Shown: positions 21,166 through 31,729, counted from the stretch's first letter. The stretch: DNA of 64,000 bases from Thermoplasmatota archaeon (GCA_029762535.1 JARVGK010000002.1:1-64000); one strand, 5' to 3'. Notes: generated by a model not told the origin, from the letters alone. Numbers and translations are program-made.

Positions 21166-22621
21166 GGTTCCATAGAAGAAGTAAGAACGCGACGAAGACG
21201 AGTGATCCGACCAGTATGAATCCTATGGAGGAGGGCTTTTCCCCTCCTTTGTCCTCCGGGGCAGGGTCCTTTGCGTACGGGATCTCGGTGACGGTGTTGC
21301 TGAAAGGGCCCTCTCCCACGGAATTCACCGCGCTTGTCCTGTAGCTGTATGCCTGGCCGTTCTTGAGACCGGAGTCCATGTAAAAGAACATGCTGCCGTT
21401 GAGCTCTTGAAGCAGTGCGAAGGGAGCATCATTGACCGATCGATAAAGCCTGTAAGATAGCACATCCTCGCTCGGGGACCAGGACAGGTTGATGGCTCCG
21501 TCCAGGGGTGCCGCCGTGAGGAACATGGGGGCTTGGGGGTACGGTGTTCCGATGCAGTAGAGTATCCCGTCCCCCCCTGCCATATATATCGTTCCGTCCG
21601 CATCCACCGCGCAGGAGGACGATTCGATCCAGTCCCCCACCTCGAAGGACCATTGAAGGGAACCTTCCGTATCCACGCAGTAGAGGTTCCCGTCCACGGA
21701 TCCAAAGAGCACGCGATCGTCGCTTGTAACGATCGGAGAGGATTCCACAGCACCGTTCGTCGTGAACCTCCAGCTTACATATCCTCCCACATCGATGCGG
21801 ACGAGATCGCCCGCCATCGTTCCCACGTAGATGTTGCCGTCGCTGTCCGTAGAAGGGGAGGACAGATGGACGTCCCCGACCCTGACCTTTCGGACCATGG
21901 TGCCGTTGGGAAGGACGTTATGTACATATCCGTCCGACGAGGATATGTAAAGAGCTCCATTTTGGGCTATGCATACCGAGGATGAAACACTCCCTCCGGT
22001 GGAGTATGGTTGGTCCCATTTCGGCCTCCCGAAGGGCCCGACGGCGTGCACCTTTCCGTCCCCGGACCCGAAATAGACCGTCAAGTCGGACGATACGCTG
22101 GGAGATGCGTCGATGTGGCCCCCGGCCTTGTATGCCCATTTCGGAACGCCGTCGCTCCTTATACAGTATAGAGTCCCACCCGCGGTCCCGAAGTAGATGT
22201 TGCCGTTCTTGTCGATCGACGCCGAGGAGTGGTAAACCTCCTCCCTGGACCTGAACTTCCACAAAGAACCCCCGTCCACACCTATGGCATGGAGAGTCCC
22301 CTCCTCATCCACGAAATGAATGGCCCCTGAGGAACCGATCGCAGGGGACGTCCATATCCGCGAACCGGAATCATAGCTCCATATCCGGTTCCCTCTGCCA
22401 TCCAGGGCATATAGGTTCCCGTCAAGGGAGGTTATGTAAACCGTCCCGTTCCCGGATATCGCTGGGGAGGAATGGACCTCGGCCCCTGTTATGAACCTCC
22501 ATCTTATCGTGCCGGGATTCGGATCGATAGCGGGAGCGCCCCCGGAATGCTCGGGGGATCCCTTGAACTGGGTCCAGGCGGAGGCGTTCCCCAGAACCGC
22601 GATCATGAGGACGGTCGTCAA
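21128..22621 (-). CDS. PQQ-like beta-propeller repeat protein with FN3 domain and C-terminal anchor
   Basis: Repeated SSPAI..DGxxY.GSxDGxLY; FN3 motif LSWSP...YSYRTSAVNSVGEG. Confidence 0.88.
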   Translation of the reverse strand: MTTVLMIAVLGNASAWTQFKGSPEHSGGAPAIDPNPGTIRWRFITGAEVHSSPAISGNGTVYITSLDGNLYALDGRGNRIWSYDSGSRIWTSPAIGSSGAIHFVDEEGTLHAIGVDGGSLWKFRSREEVYHSSASIDKNGNIYFGTAGGTLYCIRSDGVPKWAYKAGGHIDASPSVSSDLTVYFGSGDGKVHAVGPFGRPKWDQPYSTGGSVSSSVCIAQNGALYISSSDGYVHNVLPNGTMVRKVRVGDVHLSSPSTDSDGNIYVGTMAGDLVRIDVGGYVSWRFTTNGAVESSPIVTSDDRVLFGSVDGNLYCVDTEGSLQWSFEVGDWIESSSCAVDADGTIYMAGGDGILYCIGTPYPQAPMFLTAAPLDGAINLSWSPSEDVLSYRLYRSVNDAPFALLQELNGSMFFYMDSGLKNGQAYSYRTSAVNSVGEGPFSNTVTEIPYAKDPAPEDKGGEKPSSIGFILVGSLVFVAFLLLLWNLIPNRDGKEGRR

Positions 22622-22707
22622 TAGGATCGAATTCGAGCGCGTGTCATACCACCGTGACTTCTGGTATGAACGGGGGATTATATTTATCTGATGCGTTATG
22701 GGTTCTC

Positions 22708-23958
22708 ATGCTTCTCGTCAGGGACGTGAGGATGCTCGATGGCAGGATAACGGACCTGTACGTCTCCGACGGCGTGTTCGTATCGGAAGGAGATGCCTCC
22801 GATGAGGTGATCGATGCGGAGAGATCACTTGCTGTTCCAGGGCTGTGCAACACCCACACGCACGCCGCCATGACGCTTCTGAGAGGGGTCGGAGAGGGAA
22901 TGGAGCTTGACAGATGGCTGAACGAGGCCATCTGGCCTCTTGAAGGACGGATGAAGAAGAGGCATATCGAGGCTGGCATGAGGCTGGCCTGTCTGGAGAT
23001 GATCAGAACGGGGACCACCCTCTTCAACGACATGTACTTCATGGAGGATGAAATGACCTCTGTCGTCAGGGACATGGGGCTGCGGGCGGTGCTGGGGGAG
23101 GGCCTGATCGACGGCTTCGATATGGAAAAGCTTGAGAGGGAGCAAAGGAGGATCCCCGGAGTGAACGCGGAGATCCTGAAGAGAGGCGGAGGCCTTGTCA
23201 TGCCCTCGATGTCCCCCCACGCCGTCTATACGGTCTCTCAGGAGGGATTGCGATGGTCCAGAGAGGAGGCGGACCGCATTGGTTCCGGGACACACATACA
23301 TGCCTCCGAGACCGAAAAGGAGGTACACGATTGGATCGAAAGAACGGGCAGAACCCCCGTGCGTTACCTGGACGACCTGGGCCTGCTACAGAAGAACACT
23401 GTACTGGCGCACGCGGTCCATCTCTCGGATGGGGACATATCCCTGATAGCCAAAAGAGGGGCGAGCGTGTCCTTCAACGCCATAAGCAACATGAAGCTCG
23501 CGAGCGGCGGCCCCATGAGGTTCAGGGATCTCGCGGATGCGGGCACCAACGTGACCATCGGGACCGACGGAGCGGCCTCCAACAACTCGCTCGATATGTT
23601 CCAGGCCATGAAGGTCTCCTCCCTCCTTGTTAGGAACAGATACGGGGCATCCTCGGTCCCACCCGGGGAGATACTCCGCTGCGCCACCGTCAACGGCTAC
23701 CGTGCGCTGGGGATCAAGGGAGGCCTTATAGAGGAGGGATACGCCGCCGACATGCTCCTCGTGGATCCGAAGCACTACTCGATGACCCCGGGACACGACC
23801 TGGTCTCGAACATCGTTCATTCCATATCACCCGAGGCGGTGCGTTTCTCGATGGTCAACGGTGTGGTGTTGATGAAGGACGGACACGTTCCCGATGCCGA
23901 GAGGATAGTCGATATGGCCCAGGAAGCGGCCATGGACCTCATTCAGGAGGGGGTTTGA
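22708..23958 (+). CDS. mtaD: Amidohydrolase, 5'-methylthioadenosine/SAH/deoxyadenosine deaminase-like
   Basis: NTHTHAAM, PHAVY, HIHASET, AHAVH, GTDGAASNN; next to MTAP and PRTase genes. Confidence 0.85.
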   Translation: MLLVRDVRMLDGRITDLYVSDGVFVSEGDASDEVIDAERSLAVPGLCNTHTHAAMTLLRGVGEGMELDRWLNEAIWPLEGRMKKRHIEAGMRLACLEMIRTGTTLFNDMYFMEDEMTSVVRDMGLRAVLGEGLIDGFDMEKLEREQRRIPGVNAEILKRGGGLVMPSMSPHAVYTVSQEGLRWSREEADRIGSGTHIHASETEKEVHDWIERTGRTPVRYLDDLGLLQKNTVLAHAVHLSDGDISLIAKRGASVSFNAISNMKLASGGPMRFRDLADAGTNVTIGTDGAASNNSLDMFQAMKVSSLLVRNRYGASSVPPGEILRCATVNGYRALGIKGGLIEEGYAADMLLVDPKHYSMTPGHDLVSNIVHSISPEAVRFSMVNGVVLMKDGHVPDAERIVDMAQEAAMDLIQEGV

Positions 23959-24536
23959 TGAGAATTGACAGGATAAAAAAATCCTTTTCGGGAATACCGA
24001 TCGTGACCAAAGGCGATTACAGGTATTTCGTGCATCCCCTCTCCGACGGGATCCCTGCGGTGGACCCCGATCTGCTGCGGACCGTGGCCGAGGGCATGGC
24101 CGAATTACTGCCGCCGAAGAGCGAATATGACATCCTTCTCACGGCGGAGGCCATGGGGATCCCGCTGGTGAGCGCGATCTCCACGATCGTCGGGAAGCCC
24201 TTCTCCATAGCGAGGAAGAGGAGATACGGCCTGGAAGGCGAGATCTCGCTCGAACAGGTGACGGGTTACTCCCAGAACGACCTGTATCTGAACCTGCCCT
24301 TGGAGGCTGTGAGGATCGTGATAATAGACGATGTCCTATCTACGGGAGGGACCGTGCTTGCCATGGTCGAAGGGGCGAGGTCCCTCGGAAGGGAGATCGT
24401 CTCCATCGCCGTGTTCGTTGACAAGATGGACACGGATGCGAGGGTGAGGTTCGAGGAGCGGATACGATGCGGTGTCCGGACCCTCGTACATGTGGACGTT
24501 ATCGGCGATGAATGCGTATTGGGGCCCGGCCGATAG
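23955..24536 (+). CDS. Archaeal purine phosphoribosyltransferase (Hpt/Apt-like)
   Basis: YFVHPLSDGIP, EAMGIP, IIDDVLSTGGT. Confidence 0.88.
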   Translation: MMRIDRIKKSFSGIPIVTKGDYRYFVHPLSDGIPAVDPDLLRTVAEGMAELLPPKSEYDILLTAEAMGIPLVSAISTIVGKPFSIARKRRYGLEGEISLEQVTGYSQNDLYLNLPLEAVRIVIIDDVLSTGGTVLAMVEGARSLGREIVSIAVFVDKMDTDARVRFEERIRCGVRTLVHVDVIGDECVLGPGR

Positions 24537-24587
24537 GGAAATGTACATGGCCCGAGCTGATGAGGGGGCGGATGCTCTATAAAAAGA

Positions 24588-25376
24588 TCAGGCCAACAGT
24601 AAGAGGCTTATGGCCATGACGACCATTCCTGCTATGAGGCCGTATATTGCGATATGATGCTTTCCGTACTTCTCGGCGGTGGGGAGCAGTTCGTCCAGAG
24701 AAATGTAGACCATTATCCCCGCAACGGAGGCGAACACGATGCCGAAGACCGTCTCGCTCATGAAGGCCAAGAGTATGAAGAAACCGACGATTGCGCCCAC
24801 CGGTTCTGCCAAACCCGAAAGGAACGAGAGTATGAACGCCTTCTTCCTGGATCCCGTTGAGTAGTATATCGGGACGGATACCGCCATCCCCTCCGGGATG
24901 TTGTGTATGGCTATGGCGATCGCGATGCTTATGCCCAGAGCGGGGTCCTCCAATGCCCCGATGAATGTCGCCAGCCCTTCCGGGAAGTTGTGGATCGTGA
25001 TCGCCAGGGCGGAGAACAGCCCCATCCTCAAGAGCTTCTTCTTGCCATTGTCCAGGGTCCCCAACTCGTGGGGGTTCTCGTAGGAGGGGACCAGCCTGTC
25101 GATCACGGCTATGACCGCTATCCCTCCGAAGAAGGCGAGGACGGTGAGGAAGTAACCTAGCCTCATACCGTGGATCTCGGTGAGGGAGTCCTTCGCCTTG
25201 AAGAATATCTCCACCAGTGAGACGTATATCATGACCCCTGCGGAGAATCCCAGGGATCCTGCCAGGAAGCGGGGGTCGAACTTCTTCGAGAGGAACGCGA
25301 CCAGGCTCCCGATGCCGGTCGATAGTCCGGCGAACAGGGTAAGGGCGAAGGCGAAAAGGATGCTCGATAAATCCAT
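24588..25376 (-). CDS. zupT: ZIP-family zinc transporter
   Basis: HNFPEG and HNIPEG motifs, ELLP. Confidence 0.93.
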   Translation of the reverse strand: MDLSSILFAFALTLFAGLSTGIGSLVAFLSKKFDPRFLAGSLGFSAGVMIYVSLVEIFFKAKDSLTEIHGMRLGYFLTVLAFFGGIAVIAVIDRLVPSYENPHELGTLDNGKKKLLRMGLFSALAITIHNFPEGLATFIGALEDPALGISIAIAIAIHNIPEGMAVSVPIYYSTGSRKKAFILSFLSGLAEPVGAIVGFFILLAFMSETVFGIVFASVAGIMVYISLDELLPTAEKYGKHHIAIYGLIAGMVVMAISLLLLA

Positions 25377-25415
25377 CCGAAGGTGGAATTCCTTTCAAGA
25401 TAATAAATGGATACC

Positions 25416-25760
25416 TCAATCGCCGCGGGGGTTGACGGTGTCCTCCTCCACCATCAGGACGACGGACCTTTCTTTGGATACGGGCCGATGGAGTACCCCT
25501 TTGGGAACGCATATTCCCTGGTCCTTCTTCAGATGGAAGGGACCCCTCTCCGTCTCTATGATTAGGTCCCCCGAGAGGACGAAGAAGAGCTCGTCCTCCT
25601 TCTCATGCCTGTGCCAGTGATACTCTCCTTCGAAAATGCCAAGCCTCAGGAGGGATCCGTTGACGCGGCACAGCGTCTCGTTGAACCATTTCTCCGTGCA
25701 CTTCTCTACCTCATCAGGGACATCTATCACCTGAAGATGTTCGAATATCGGTTCCATCAT
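25416..25760 (-). CDS. Cupin domain protein
   Basis: WHRHEKEDELFFVLSG, VPKGVLHRP. Confidence 0.88.
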   Translation of the reverse strand: MMEPIFEHLQVIDVPDEVEKCTEKWFNETLCRVNGSLLRLGIFEGEYHWHRHEKEDELFFVLSGDLIIETERGPFHLKKDQGICVPKGVLHRPVSKERSVVLMVEEDTVNPRGD

Positions 25761-25766
25761 ATCACC

Positions 25767-26387
25767 TCAAGGGATGTAAAATTCGGACAATGTCCCTACT
25801 ATCCTGACACCCGGCCTCTCCATTTCGACCTTCTTTTTCTCCAGGTCCTCCCTGTCAAGAGGCCTGGATGCGAACTCCAGGAGAGTGGCTTCGAACCCCT
25901 CGAAAACGGCGTCCATGATCGTGTGATAGACGCATATATCCGATGCGAGCCCGCAGAAATGTACCTCTTTGACGCCTCTGTCCCTGAGGTAGCCGGCGAG
26001 CCCCGTCCTTTTTTTTCTCCCGTTGTCGAAGAAAGCGCTGTAGCTGTCGATTCTCGGATCCATGCCCTTGCGTATCATCGCCTCCACTCTATCCGTATGT
26101 AGGTCCGGATGGAGCTGAGACCCAATCGTATTCTGGACGCAGTGGTCCGGCCAGAGTACCTGCTCAATGCCGAAAAGGTCGATGATGTCGAAGGGTTTTT
26201 TTCCCGAATGGTTGGAGGCGAAGCTCAGATGCTCCTTTGGATGCCAGTCCTGGGTCGCGACTATCAGATCGTAATGCTTCTGGATATCGTTTATGATCGG
26301 GACGATCTCGTCCGCTTTGGGGACGGAAAGTGGGCCATCGGGCATGAAATCGTTCTGGACATCCACGATCACGAGCGTCCTCATCAT
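25767..26387 (-). CDS. pncA: Nicotinamidase/pyrazinamidase
   Basis: VDVQNDF, TQDWHP, WPDHC, DSYSAF, GLASDICV. Confidence 0.95.
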   Translation of the reverse strand: MMRTLVIVDVQNDFMPDGPLSVPKADEIVPIINDIQKHYDLIVATQDWHPKEHLSFASNHSGKKPFDIIDLFGIEQVLWPDHCVQNTIGSQLHPDLHTDRVEAMIRKGMDPRIDSYSAFFDNGRKKRTGLAGYLRDRGVKEVHFCGLASDICVYHTIMDAVFEGFEATLLEFASRPLDREDLEKKKVEMERPGVRIVGTLSEFYIP

Positions 26388-27787
26388 TTCACCATCCTCA
26401 ACTCCTTGATGAACCTGTCGCGCTCCGAGCGAATTCTGGGGCTTATCCCCACCTTGTATATGTGCGGGTTCTCGAAGCGCTTGTATTCCGGAGGGAGCTG
26501 TGCCAGCCTCGATGAGGCATACTCCCGTATCCGTTCCAGATCACCGGAGGTCTGTATGATCTCCCCGCCCTCCAATACCTTATTCATGAGCGGCTCGTAT
26601 TCGTAAGAGGAGAGGTCCAGCGACCTGTAGGGGTCGAAGGGATCGTACATCACATCGATCTTCGATTCGTCATCCGTGACAATGGCGTCGGCACCTGTCC
26701 AACCGTCATTACTGTAGCGGAATATCTGTTTCTTGAACGGCAGGGTGACCTTTTTTACGTTCTCGGAGAGCTTCATGCATGGCACATCGTTGAACATCGA
26801 GAGCTTGTATACCCCGTCCAGCGCCCCGTCCGGATAGCCCACCACCAGATTCGTGCCGACCCCGTACACGTCTATCGGGGCCTCCTGCTCCTTGAGGCTC
26901 CTTATGACATACTCGTCCAGCTGGTTCGAGGCCGCGATACGGACGTATCCCAACCCGTTATCGTCCAGCATCCTCCTTGCCTCCCTGGACAGATAGGCGA
27001 GGTCCCCGCTGTCCAATCTGATCCCCTTGAGGCGCCGGCCTTGCCCTTCCATCTCTTTGGCAACTGTGATTGCGTTCGGGATCCCGCTCCTTAAGGTGTT
27101 GTACGTGTCCACCAGAAGGACGCAGTCGTCTGGCCGGGCGGATGAATACTCCCTGAACGCCGTGAGCTCGTCCGGCCTGCTCTGAACGAAGGAGTGCGCC
27201 ATCGTTCCCGAGACCGGCATGCCGAAGTCCCTTCCTGCGCGGACGTTGCTCGTCGAGTCGAACCCTCCGATGTACGCCGCCCTGCTGGCGTGATAGCCCC
27301 CCATACCCTGCGCCCTGCGCAGGCCGAAGTCGATGAGGACCTTGTCCGGGGCCACGGACCGGATCCTGCTCGCCTTGGTGGCTATGAGCGTCTGGAAGTT
27401 GAGGATGTTGAGGACCAAGGTTTCCACGATCTGGGCCTCCAACATGTCCGCCTCAACCTGGAGGATCACCTCCGTCGGGAAGACGATCTCCCCCTCCCTC
27501 ACGGAGCGGACGTCGCCTTTGAACCTGAATTTTTTCAGGTGGTCCAGGAAGTCGTCTTCGAATCCCAGACCCAAGAGGTATTCCAGGTCGGAGGGGTCGA
27601 AACGAAGATCGTGCAAAATGTCAAGAAGAGTGGATAGGCCCGCGAAGACCGCGTAGCCCCCGTTGAAGGGGGATCTCCTGAAGAAAACATCGAATACCGC
27701 TTTTTTGTCCGATAGGCCGTTTCGATGATAGACCTGGGCCATGGTCAGCTCGTAGAGATCGGTGTATGTGGCCGTGATGTCCATCAT
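26384..27787 (-). CDS. pncB: Nicotinate phosphoribosyltransferase
   Basis: TDLYELTM, FGLRRAQ, GTMAHS, LVDTY, IRLDSGDL. Confidence 0.96.
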   Translation of the reverse strand: MMDITATYTDLYELTMAQVYHRNGLSDKKAVFDVFFRRSPFNGGYAVFAGLSTLLDILHDLRFDPSDLEYLLGLGFEDDFLDHLKKFRFKGDVRSVREGEIVFPTEVILQVEADMLEAQIVETLVLNILNFQTLIATKASRIRSVAPDKVLIDFGLRRAQGMGGYHASRAAYIGGFDSTSNVRAGRDFGMPVSGTMAHSFVQSRPDELTAFREYSSARPDDCVLLVDTYNTLRSGIPNAITVAKEMEGQGRRLKGIRLDSGDLAYLSREARRMLDDNGLGYVRIAASNQLDEYVIRSLKEQEAPIDVYGVGTNLVVGYPDGALDGVYKLSMFNDVPCMKLSENVKKVTLPFKKQIFRYSNDGWTGADAIVTDDESKIDVMYDPFDPYRSLDLSSYEYEPLMNKVLEGGEIIQTSGDLERIREYASSRLAQLPPEYKRFENPHIYKVGISPRIRSERDRFIKELRMVK

Positions 27788-28308
27788 TTTCCCTCAACCC
27801 CTGACAGCGCGTCCTTGAACGTATTGAGATCTCTTTCGCTATGCAGGACGAAGCGGACCTTTTTTAGGTTCTTCATATCTTTCTCCATGACCAGAACCGT
27901 TTCGATGGCGATCCTTGCGACCTCCTCGACAGGATATCCGAACGCTCCTGCGGATATCGCAGGGAACGCTATGGAGTCGATCCCGTGCTCGTCCGCCAGT
28001 AGAAGGGCGTTACGGTAGCAGTCGGAAAGCAGCTCCGCCTCCAGATGGTCCGACCCGTGAACGGGCCCGAGGCAGTGAATGACGTAACGGTTCGGGAGGT
28101 TGTGCCCTCCCGTGATAACTGCCTCCCCCGGCCTGATCGGGGCGAGGGGGCGGCATTCCCTGTACAGGTCCGGGCCGGCCGCTCTATGTAAAGCGCCTGC
28201 GACGCCTCCGCCGGGCCTTAACCAGGCGTTGGCGGCGTTCACCACCGCTGTTACGTCCTTCTGTCTTGATATGTCTCCGAGGAGGACCTCGATAATGTAA
28301 GGGGACAT
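27784..28308 (-). CDS. Macro-domain (ADP-ribose processing) protein
   Basis: VVNAAN..LRPGGGVAGA, PAISAGAFGYP. Confidence 0.93.
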   Translation of the reverse strand: MSPYIIEVLLGDISRQKDVTAVVNAANAWLRPGGGVAGALHRAAGPDLYRECRPLAPIRPGEAVITGGHNLPNRYVIHCLGPVHGSDHLEAELLSDCYRNALLLADEHGIDSIAFPAISAGAFGYPVEEVARIAIETVLVMEKDMKNLKKVRFVLHSERDLNTFKDALSGVEGK

Positions 28309-28340
28309 GTTGGGCCTCTGATATCTCGTTCAACTTATTT

Positions 28341-28877
28341 ATGAGCGATGCTTACATCGCTATCATGGAGGCTTTCAAGGAAGTGGAGATAGAAAAAGTG
28401 AGCGACGCTTTTGACCTCATTGGAGAGGATTGGTTCCTTATAAGTGCCGGAGGGATCGATGACTGGAACACCATGACCGCGTCCTGGGGCGGGTTCGGGG
28501 TGCTCTGGCACAGGAAAGTCGTGTTCATCTTCGTGAGGCCGAGCAGGCACACGCACTCATTCCTGGAGAGGGAGGAGAGGTTCTCGATATCCTTCTTCGA
28601 CATGCCCGAGTTCAGGAAGGCCCTTGAATTCTGCGGATCGCGTTCGGGTCGCGATGTGAACAAGGCCAAGGGAGCGGACCTGACGCCTTTTGAGATCGAG
28701 CCAGGGATCGTCTCCTTCAGAGAGGCGAGAACCGTATTGGTTAGTAAGAGGATCCACTCCCAGCCCCTGGATCCGGATCGCTTTGTGGATCCCTCTATTG
28801 AGGAGGAATACCCCGACCGCTCGTATCACACGATCTTCGTGGGGGAGATCCAGAGATCTTTTGGAAGAGATGATTGA
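28341..28877 (+). CDS. Flavin reductase family protein
   Basis: NTMTASWGG, VRPSRHT, GSRSGRD, YHTIFVGEI. Confidence 0.9.
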   Translation: MSDAYIAIMEAFKEVEIEKVSDAFDLIGEDWFLISAGGIDDWNTMTASWGGFGVLWHRKVVFIFVRPSRHTHSFLEREERFSISFFDMPEFRKALEFCGSRSGRDVNKAKGADLTPFEIEPGIVSFREARTVLVSKRIHSQPLDPDRFVDPSIEEEYPDRSYHTIFVGEIQRSFGRDD

Positions 28878-28886
28878 ACTCTCGGT
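28694..28886 (+). repeat. 193-bp direct repeat copy 1 (3' end of flavin reductase)
   Basis: Near-identical to 30063-30255. Confidence 0.93.
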
Positions 28887-28892
28887 GCGTTG

Positions 28893-29813
28893 TCACACCA
28901 CCGCATCGATATAAGCATAGTGCAATTGATTGCTTTGTGATCTTAATTTAATCTCCCATTTAAGATATAGGGGTTCAAATCTATAACCATTAGAAAAGAT
29001 TATCAATTCTAGATCTTCGATATTATACTTACCACTGGACTCACCTCTGATCATCAGATTCATCTTGGATAATGAGGTATTGATATCCGATATCCGATAT
29101 GACATGTTCTGGGTGATCAACTCCCTTATTGTTGAATCATCATAGCTTCGAATTCTTGCATCTTTTCCGAACGTGATCCTGATATCCCCTTTCATTCCCC
29201 CGATCTTATATCCATTGTAATATTGATTGAATTTTATACATTGATAATCAATGCCTATCAATTCGGTCTTATTTGTGGATGTGTTGCCCTTGTGAACCTT
29301 TACGGAATATATTTCTGCTAATTTGAGATCGTCTGTTCTTCCCCGAACTGAATGAATTATCTTCTTTGCCTCCTTTATGATCGTATCATTTGAATTAGTC
29401 TCATTGGGCAACATCATCATATGATGTCTATCTGTATAGGATATCCGATCACCATCTTCAAGTATAACATAAGACCCGGTTACATTATCGATATATTTTT
29501 TTCTATAAGGTGATGATGATATTTTTTCATATACAGGATTTTTTAAAAAGGAATTTACGATTGATAATGCTTCTGTTTGGTTATATAAAATATCCTTTTC
29601 CCTGCAATCGAATGCAAAAGGTCTTAAATTTGATCTATTTAAAAGTAGGCTTTTATTTATGTATATCGTTTCCTTTGATTCGCTTTTTATTAATAAAACA
29701 TCAGAATTTTCGTTATTATTATCCATTTCATTATCCTTAACTGATATGATAATTACAGCGATCAGTATTGTCAACACAACTCCAACACCAATTTTTTTTA
29801 TCAGTTTCTTCAT
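28893..29813 (-). CDS. AT-rich membrane-anchored hypothetical protein
   Basis: 306 aa, N-terminal TM, ends YAYIDAV (PepSY/YcdB-like ending); lies between the 193-bp repeats. Confidence 0.7.
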   Translation of the reverse strand: MKKLIKKIGVGVVLTILIAVIIISVKDNEMDNNNENSDVLLIKSESKETIYINKSLLLNRSNLRPFAFDCREKDILYNQTEALSIVNSFLKNPVYEKISSSPYRKKYIDNVTGSYVILEDGDRISYTDRHHMMMLPNETNSNDTIIKEAKKIIHSVRGRTDDLKLAEIYSVKVHKGNTSTNKTELIGIDYQCIKFNQYYNGYKIGGMKGDIRITFGKDARIRSYDDSTIRELITQNMSYRISDINTSLSKMNLMIRGESSGKYNIEDLELIIFSNGYRFEPLYLKWEIKLRSQSNQLHYAYIDAVV

Positions 29814-30062
29814 TGTATCACCTCATCAATATTATGAAGAATCTTTCATCCTCACATAATAAACAGACCGCAGCTCCCACGCCTCACATGTCCTGACATG
29901 CCCAATACAATGGGGGGGGGGGGGGGATATAATTTTTATGGTAATAGCTTTGACAATAGCATTCAAGGGATCAGCGTTTTGTAATCATAATATCGCTTGG
30001 GATAAGCTCTTTCTCTTATCTATATGCTTTTCCTAGCATCTTCAATATTTTACAAACAGTAC

Positions 30063-30255
30063 GATCGAGCCAGGGATCGTCTCCTTCAGAGAGGCGAGAA
30101 CCGTATTGGTCTGTAAGAGGATCCATTCCCAGCCCCTGGATCCGGATCGCTTTGTGGATCCCTCTATTGAGGAGGAATACCCCGACCGCTCGTATCACAC
30201 GATCTTCGTGGGGGAGATCCAGAGATCTTTTGGAAGAGATGATTGAACTCTCGGT
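30063..30255 (+). repeat. 193-bp direct repeat copy 2
   Basis: Near-identical to 28694-28886. Confidence 0.93.
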
Positions 30256-30289
30256 CCATTTTCACCCCAGTTCACCAGCTTCGCGATCT

Positions 30290-30381
30290 CATTAACCACG
30301 TCTCAATTCCTCATCTTCCTGAAATACTTAGTCAGTCGATTAGACGAGGGCGATAAGGTGGCCACTTGTCCTAAACGTAAA
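30290..30381 (-). repeat. Fragment of structured element (module A outer end)
   Basis: CATCTTCCTGAA..AGTCAGTCGAT..GGTGGCCACTTGTCCTAAACGTAAA matches 44645-44713. Confidence 0.8.
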
Positions 30382-30453
30382 TTATGATGGAATATTTAGC
30401 AAATATTCATTAATTAGAAGCCATAATATGATTTATTATTACATTTGTTTTTG

Positions 30454-30885
30454 TTATTTGTAACCAATAAAATCTTGATAATTTTTAAACCTCGAAATTT
30501 TATAATTTAAATCTTTTTTTAATATCTTAATTACCTTAAAAGGGATAAAATGAAAATCGTATTTCTCATTATTATAATAAATCATCATATGATAAACAAT
30601 TAGGTTAGCTTTTGTAGAATAATAATATAAACCGTCAATATTCTTTATATTAAATATTAAATTTTTTATTTTTATATTATCATTATTTATCGTTATAATC
30701 AAGGGTACATTTTTTTTATAAAAAAATCTAAAATATAAATATATTATTGATATAGGAAATATTATGGTAATTATTATTGATACTTTATTAGTATAAATGT
30801 AAGTTAATATAATAATTAGAAAAATAAAACATAAATATAAAAGAAAAATATCTCTTAATATTTTGAATATATTTAAACATTTCAT
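30454..30885 (-). CDS. Small AT-rich membrane protein, putative immunity protein
   Basis: Two TM segments plus a soluble domain, same architecture as 37717-38244; starts 1 nt after the stop of a cassette remnant. Confidence 0.65.
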   Translation of the reverse strand: MKCLNIFKILRDIFLLYLCFIFLIIILTYIYTNKVSIIITIIFPISIIYLYFRFFYKKNVPLIITINNDNIKIKNLIFNIKNIDGLYYYSTKANLIVYHMMIYYNNEKYDFHFIPFKVIKILKKDLNYKISRFKNYQDFIGYK

Positions 30886-30886
30886 A

Positions 30887-31099
30887 TTAATCCCTCATTT
30901 CAGTTACTTCAATCTCAATTATTAATAAACCCATGAATAAAGCTTCTTTTTCTCCAGATAATTTAAAAATATGGCTTGATAATTTTTCCACTTCAATATC
31001 GCCAGAATCTATTATATAATAAATATGCGTATCATAATATAATTTGTCGTTGGAAAGATCATATAATAAAAATGCATAATATCCATTATATTGTTTATC
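30887..31099 (-). pseudogene. Remnant C-terminal tip of a cassette protein
   Basis: My translation YAFLLYDLSNDKLYYD...IFKLSGEKEALFMGLLIIEIEVTEMRD* aligns by eye with IGFIIFDIINNKVYLD...IYTIKGENNSPYKGIGELSFVIHATELKE* of 38241-40733. Confidence 0.65.
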
Positions 31100-31223
31100 T
31101 TATACGATCTCGCCCCCTTGTATCCTCGATGCGAATTCACAGGCTTCACTTCATGATTGTACACCGCTCACCCTACCCTATTCGCTTTCAGTTGCAGGAC
31201 TCTTCGCATCTCGTTACACTCCC
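31085..31223 (-). repeat. Fragment of structured element (module A inner half)
   Basis: 31108-31223 near-identical to 41484-41599; left flank matches 44450-44470. Confidence 0.9.
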
Positions 31224-31391
31224 TGTCCGAGATCCCCGATCCCGGACCCGGCAAGATCGACTTACCCCACCCCGAGGAAGGACTTGGCCTTGGGGGATCT
31301 CCGATCCCCCTGCGATGTCCGAGATCCCCGATCCCGGACCCGGAAAGATCGACTTACCCCACCCCGAAGAAGGACTTGGCCTTGGGGGATC
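31224..31391. repeat. Tandem duplication of a 76-bp GATC-rich unit (period 92)
   Basis: TGTCCGAGATCCCCGATCCCGG...GGGGGATC at 31224-31299 and 31316-31391. Confidence 0.9.
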
Positions 31392-31729
31392 CCCCCTCAG
31401 GGAAAGAATAGCCCTCCTTCTTTTTCATAAATATAGGATACCCCCGTCCCCAGGGAGAGGGCGGAGAATGAGAGGATCCCCTTGTTATATCCCGGAACTA
31501 TAAAGATACAAGTGATTCGATATCCTTCATTCGATCCCGTAGTGATGATTCTGATTGAAGAGTTCGATCCTGATATCTAAGAGGATCCATACCCAAAAAA
31601 GTTAAAAACTACCTATTTCCTTAAACGGGCATGTGACGAATGATGTCATTGGATCGAATTTTTACATCCTTTAAACATTCAGTCAATGACCATGCCTGCT
31701 GAAATGCATTGTATTGTCGGATCCAATAG

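Noticed and set aside
14277-28300. Numerous overlapping antisense or alternate-frame ORFs in GC-rich genes
   Set aside because: Shadow ORFs of well-supported genes with no motifs.
30976-31503. 175-aa plus-strand ORF
   Set aside because: Composed of antisense cassette remnant, module A and a tandem repeat.
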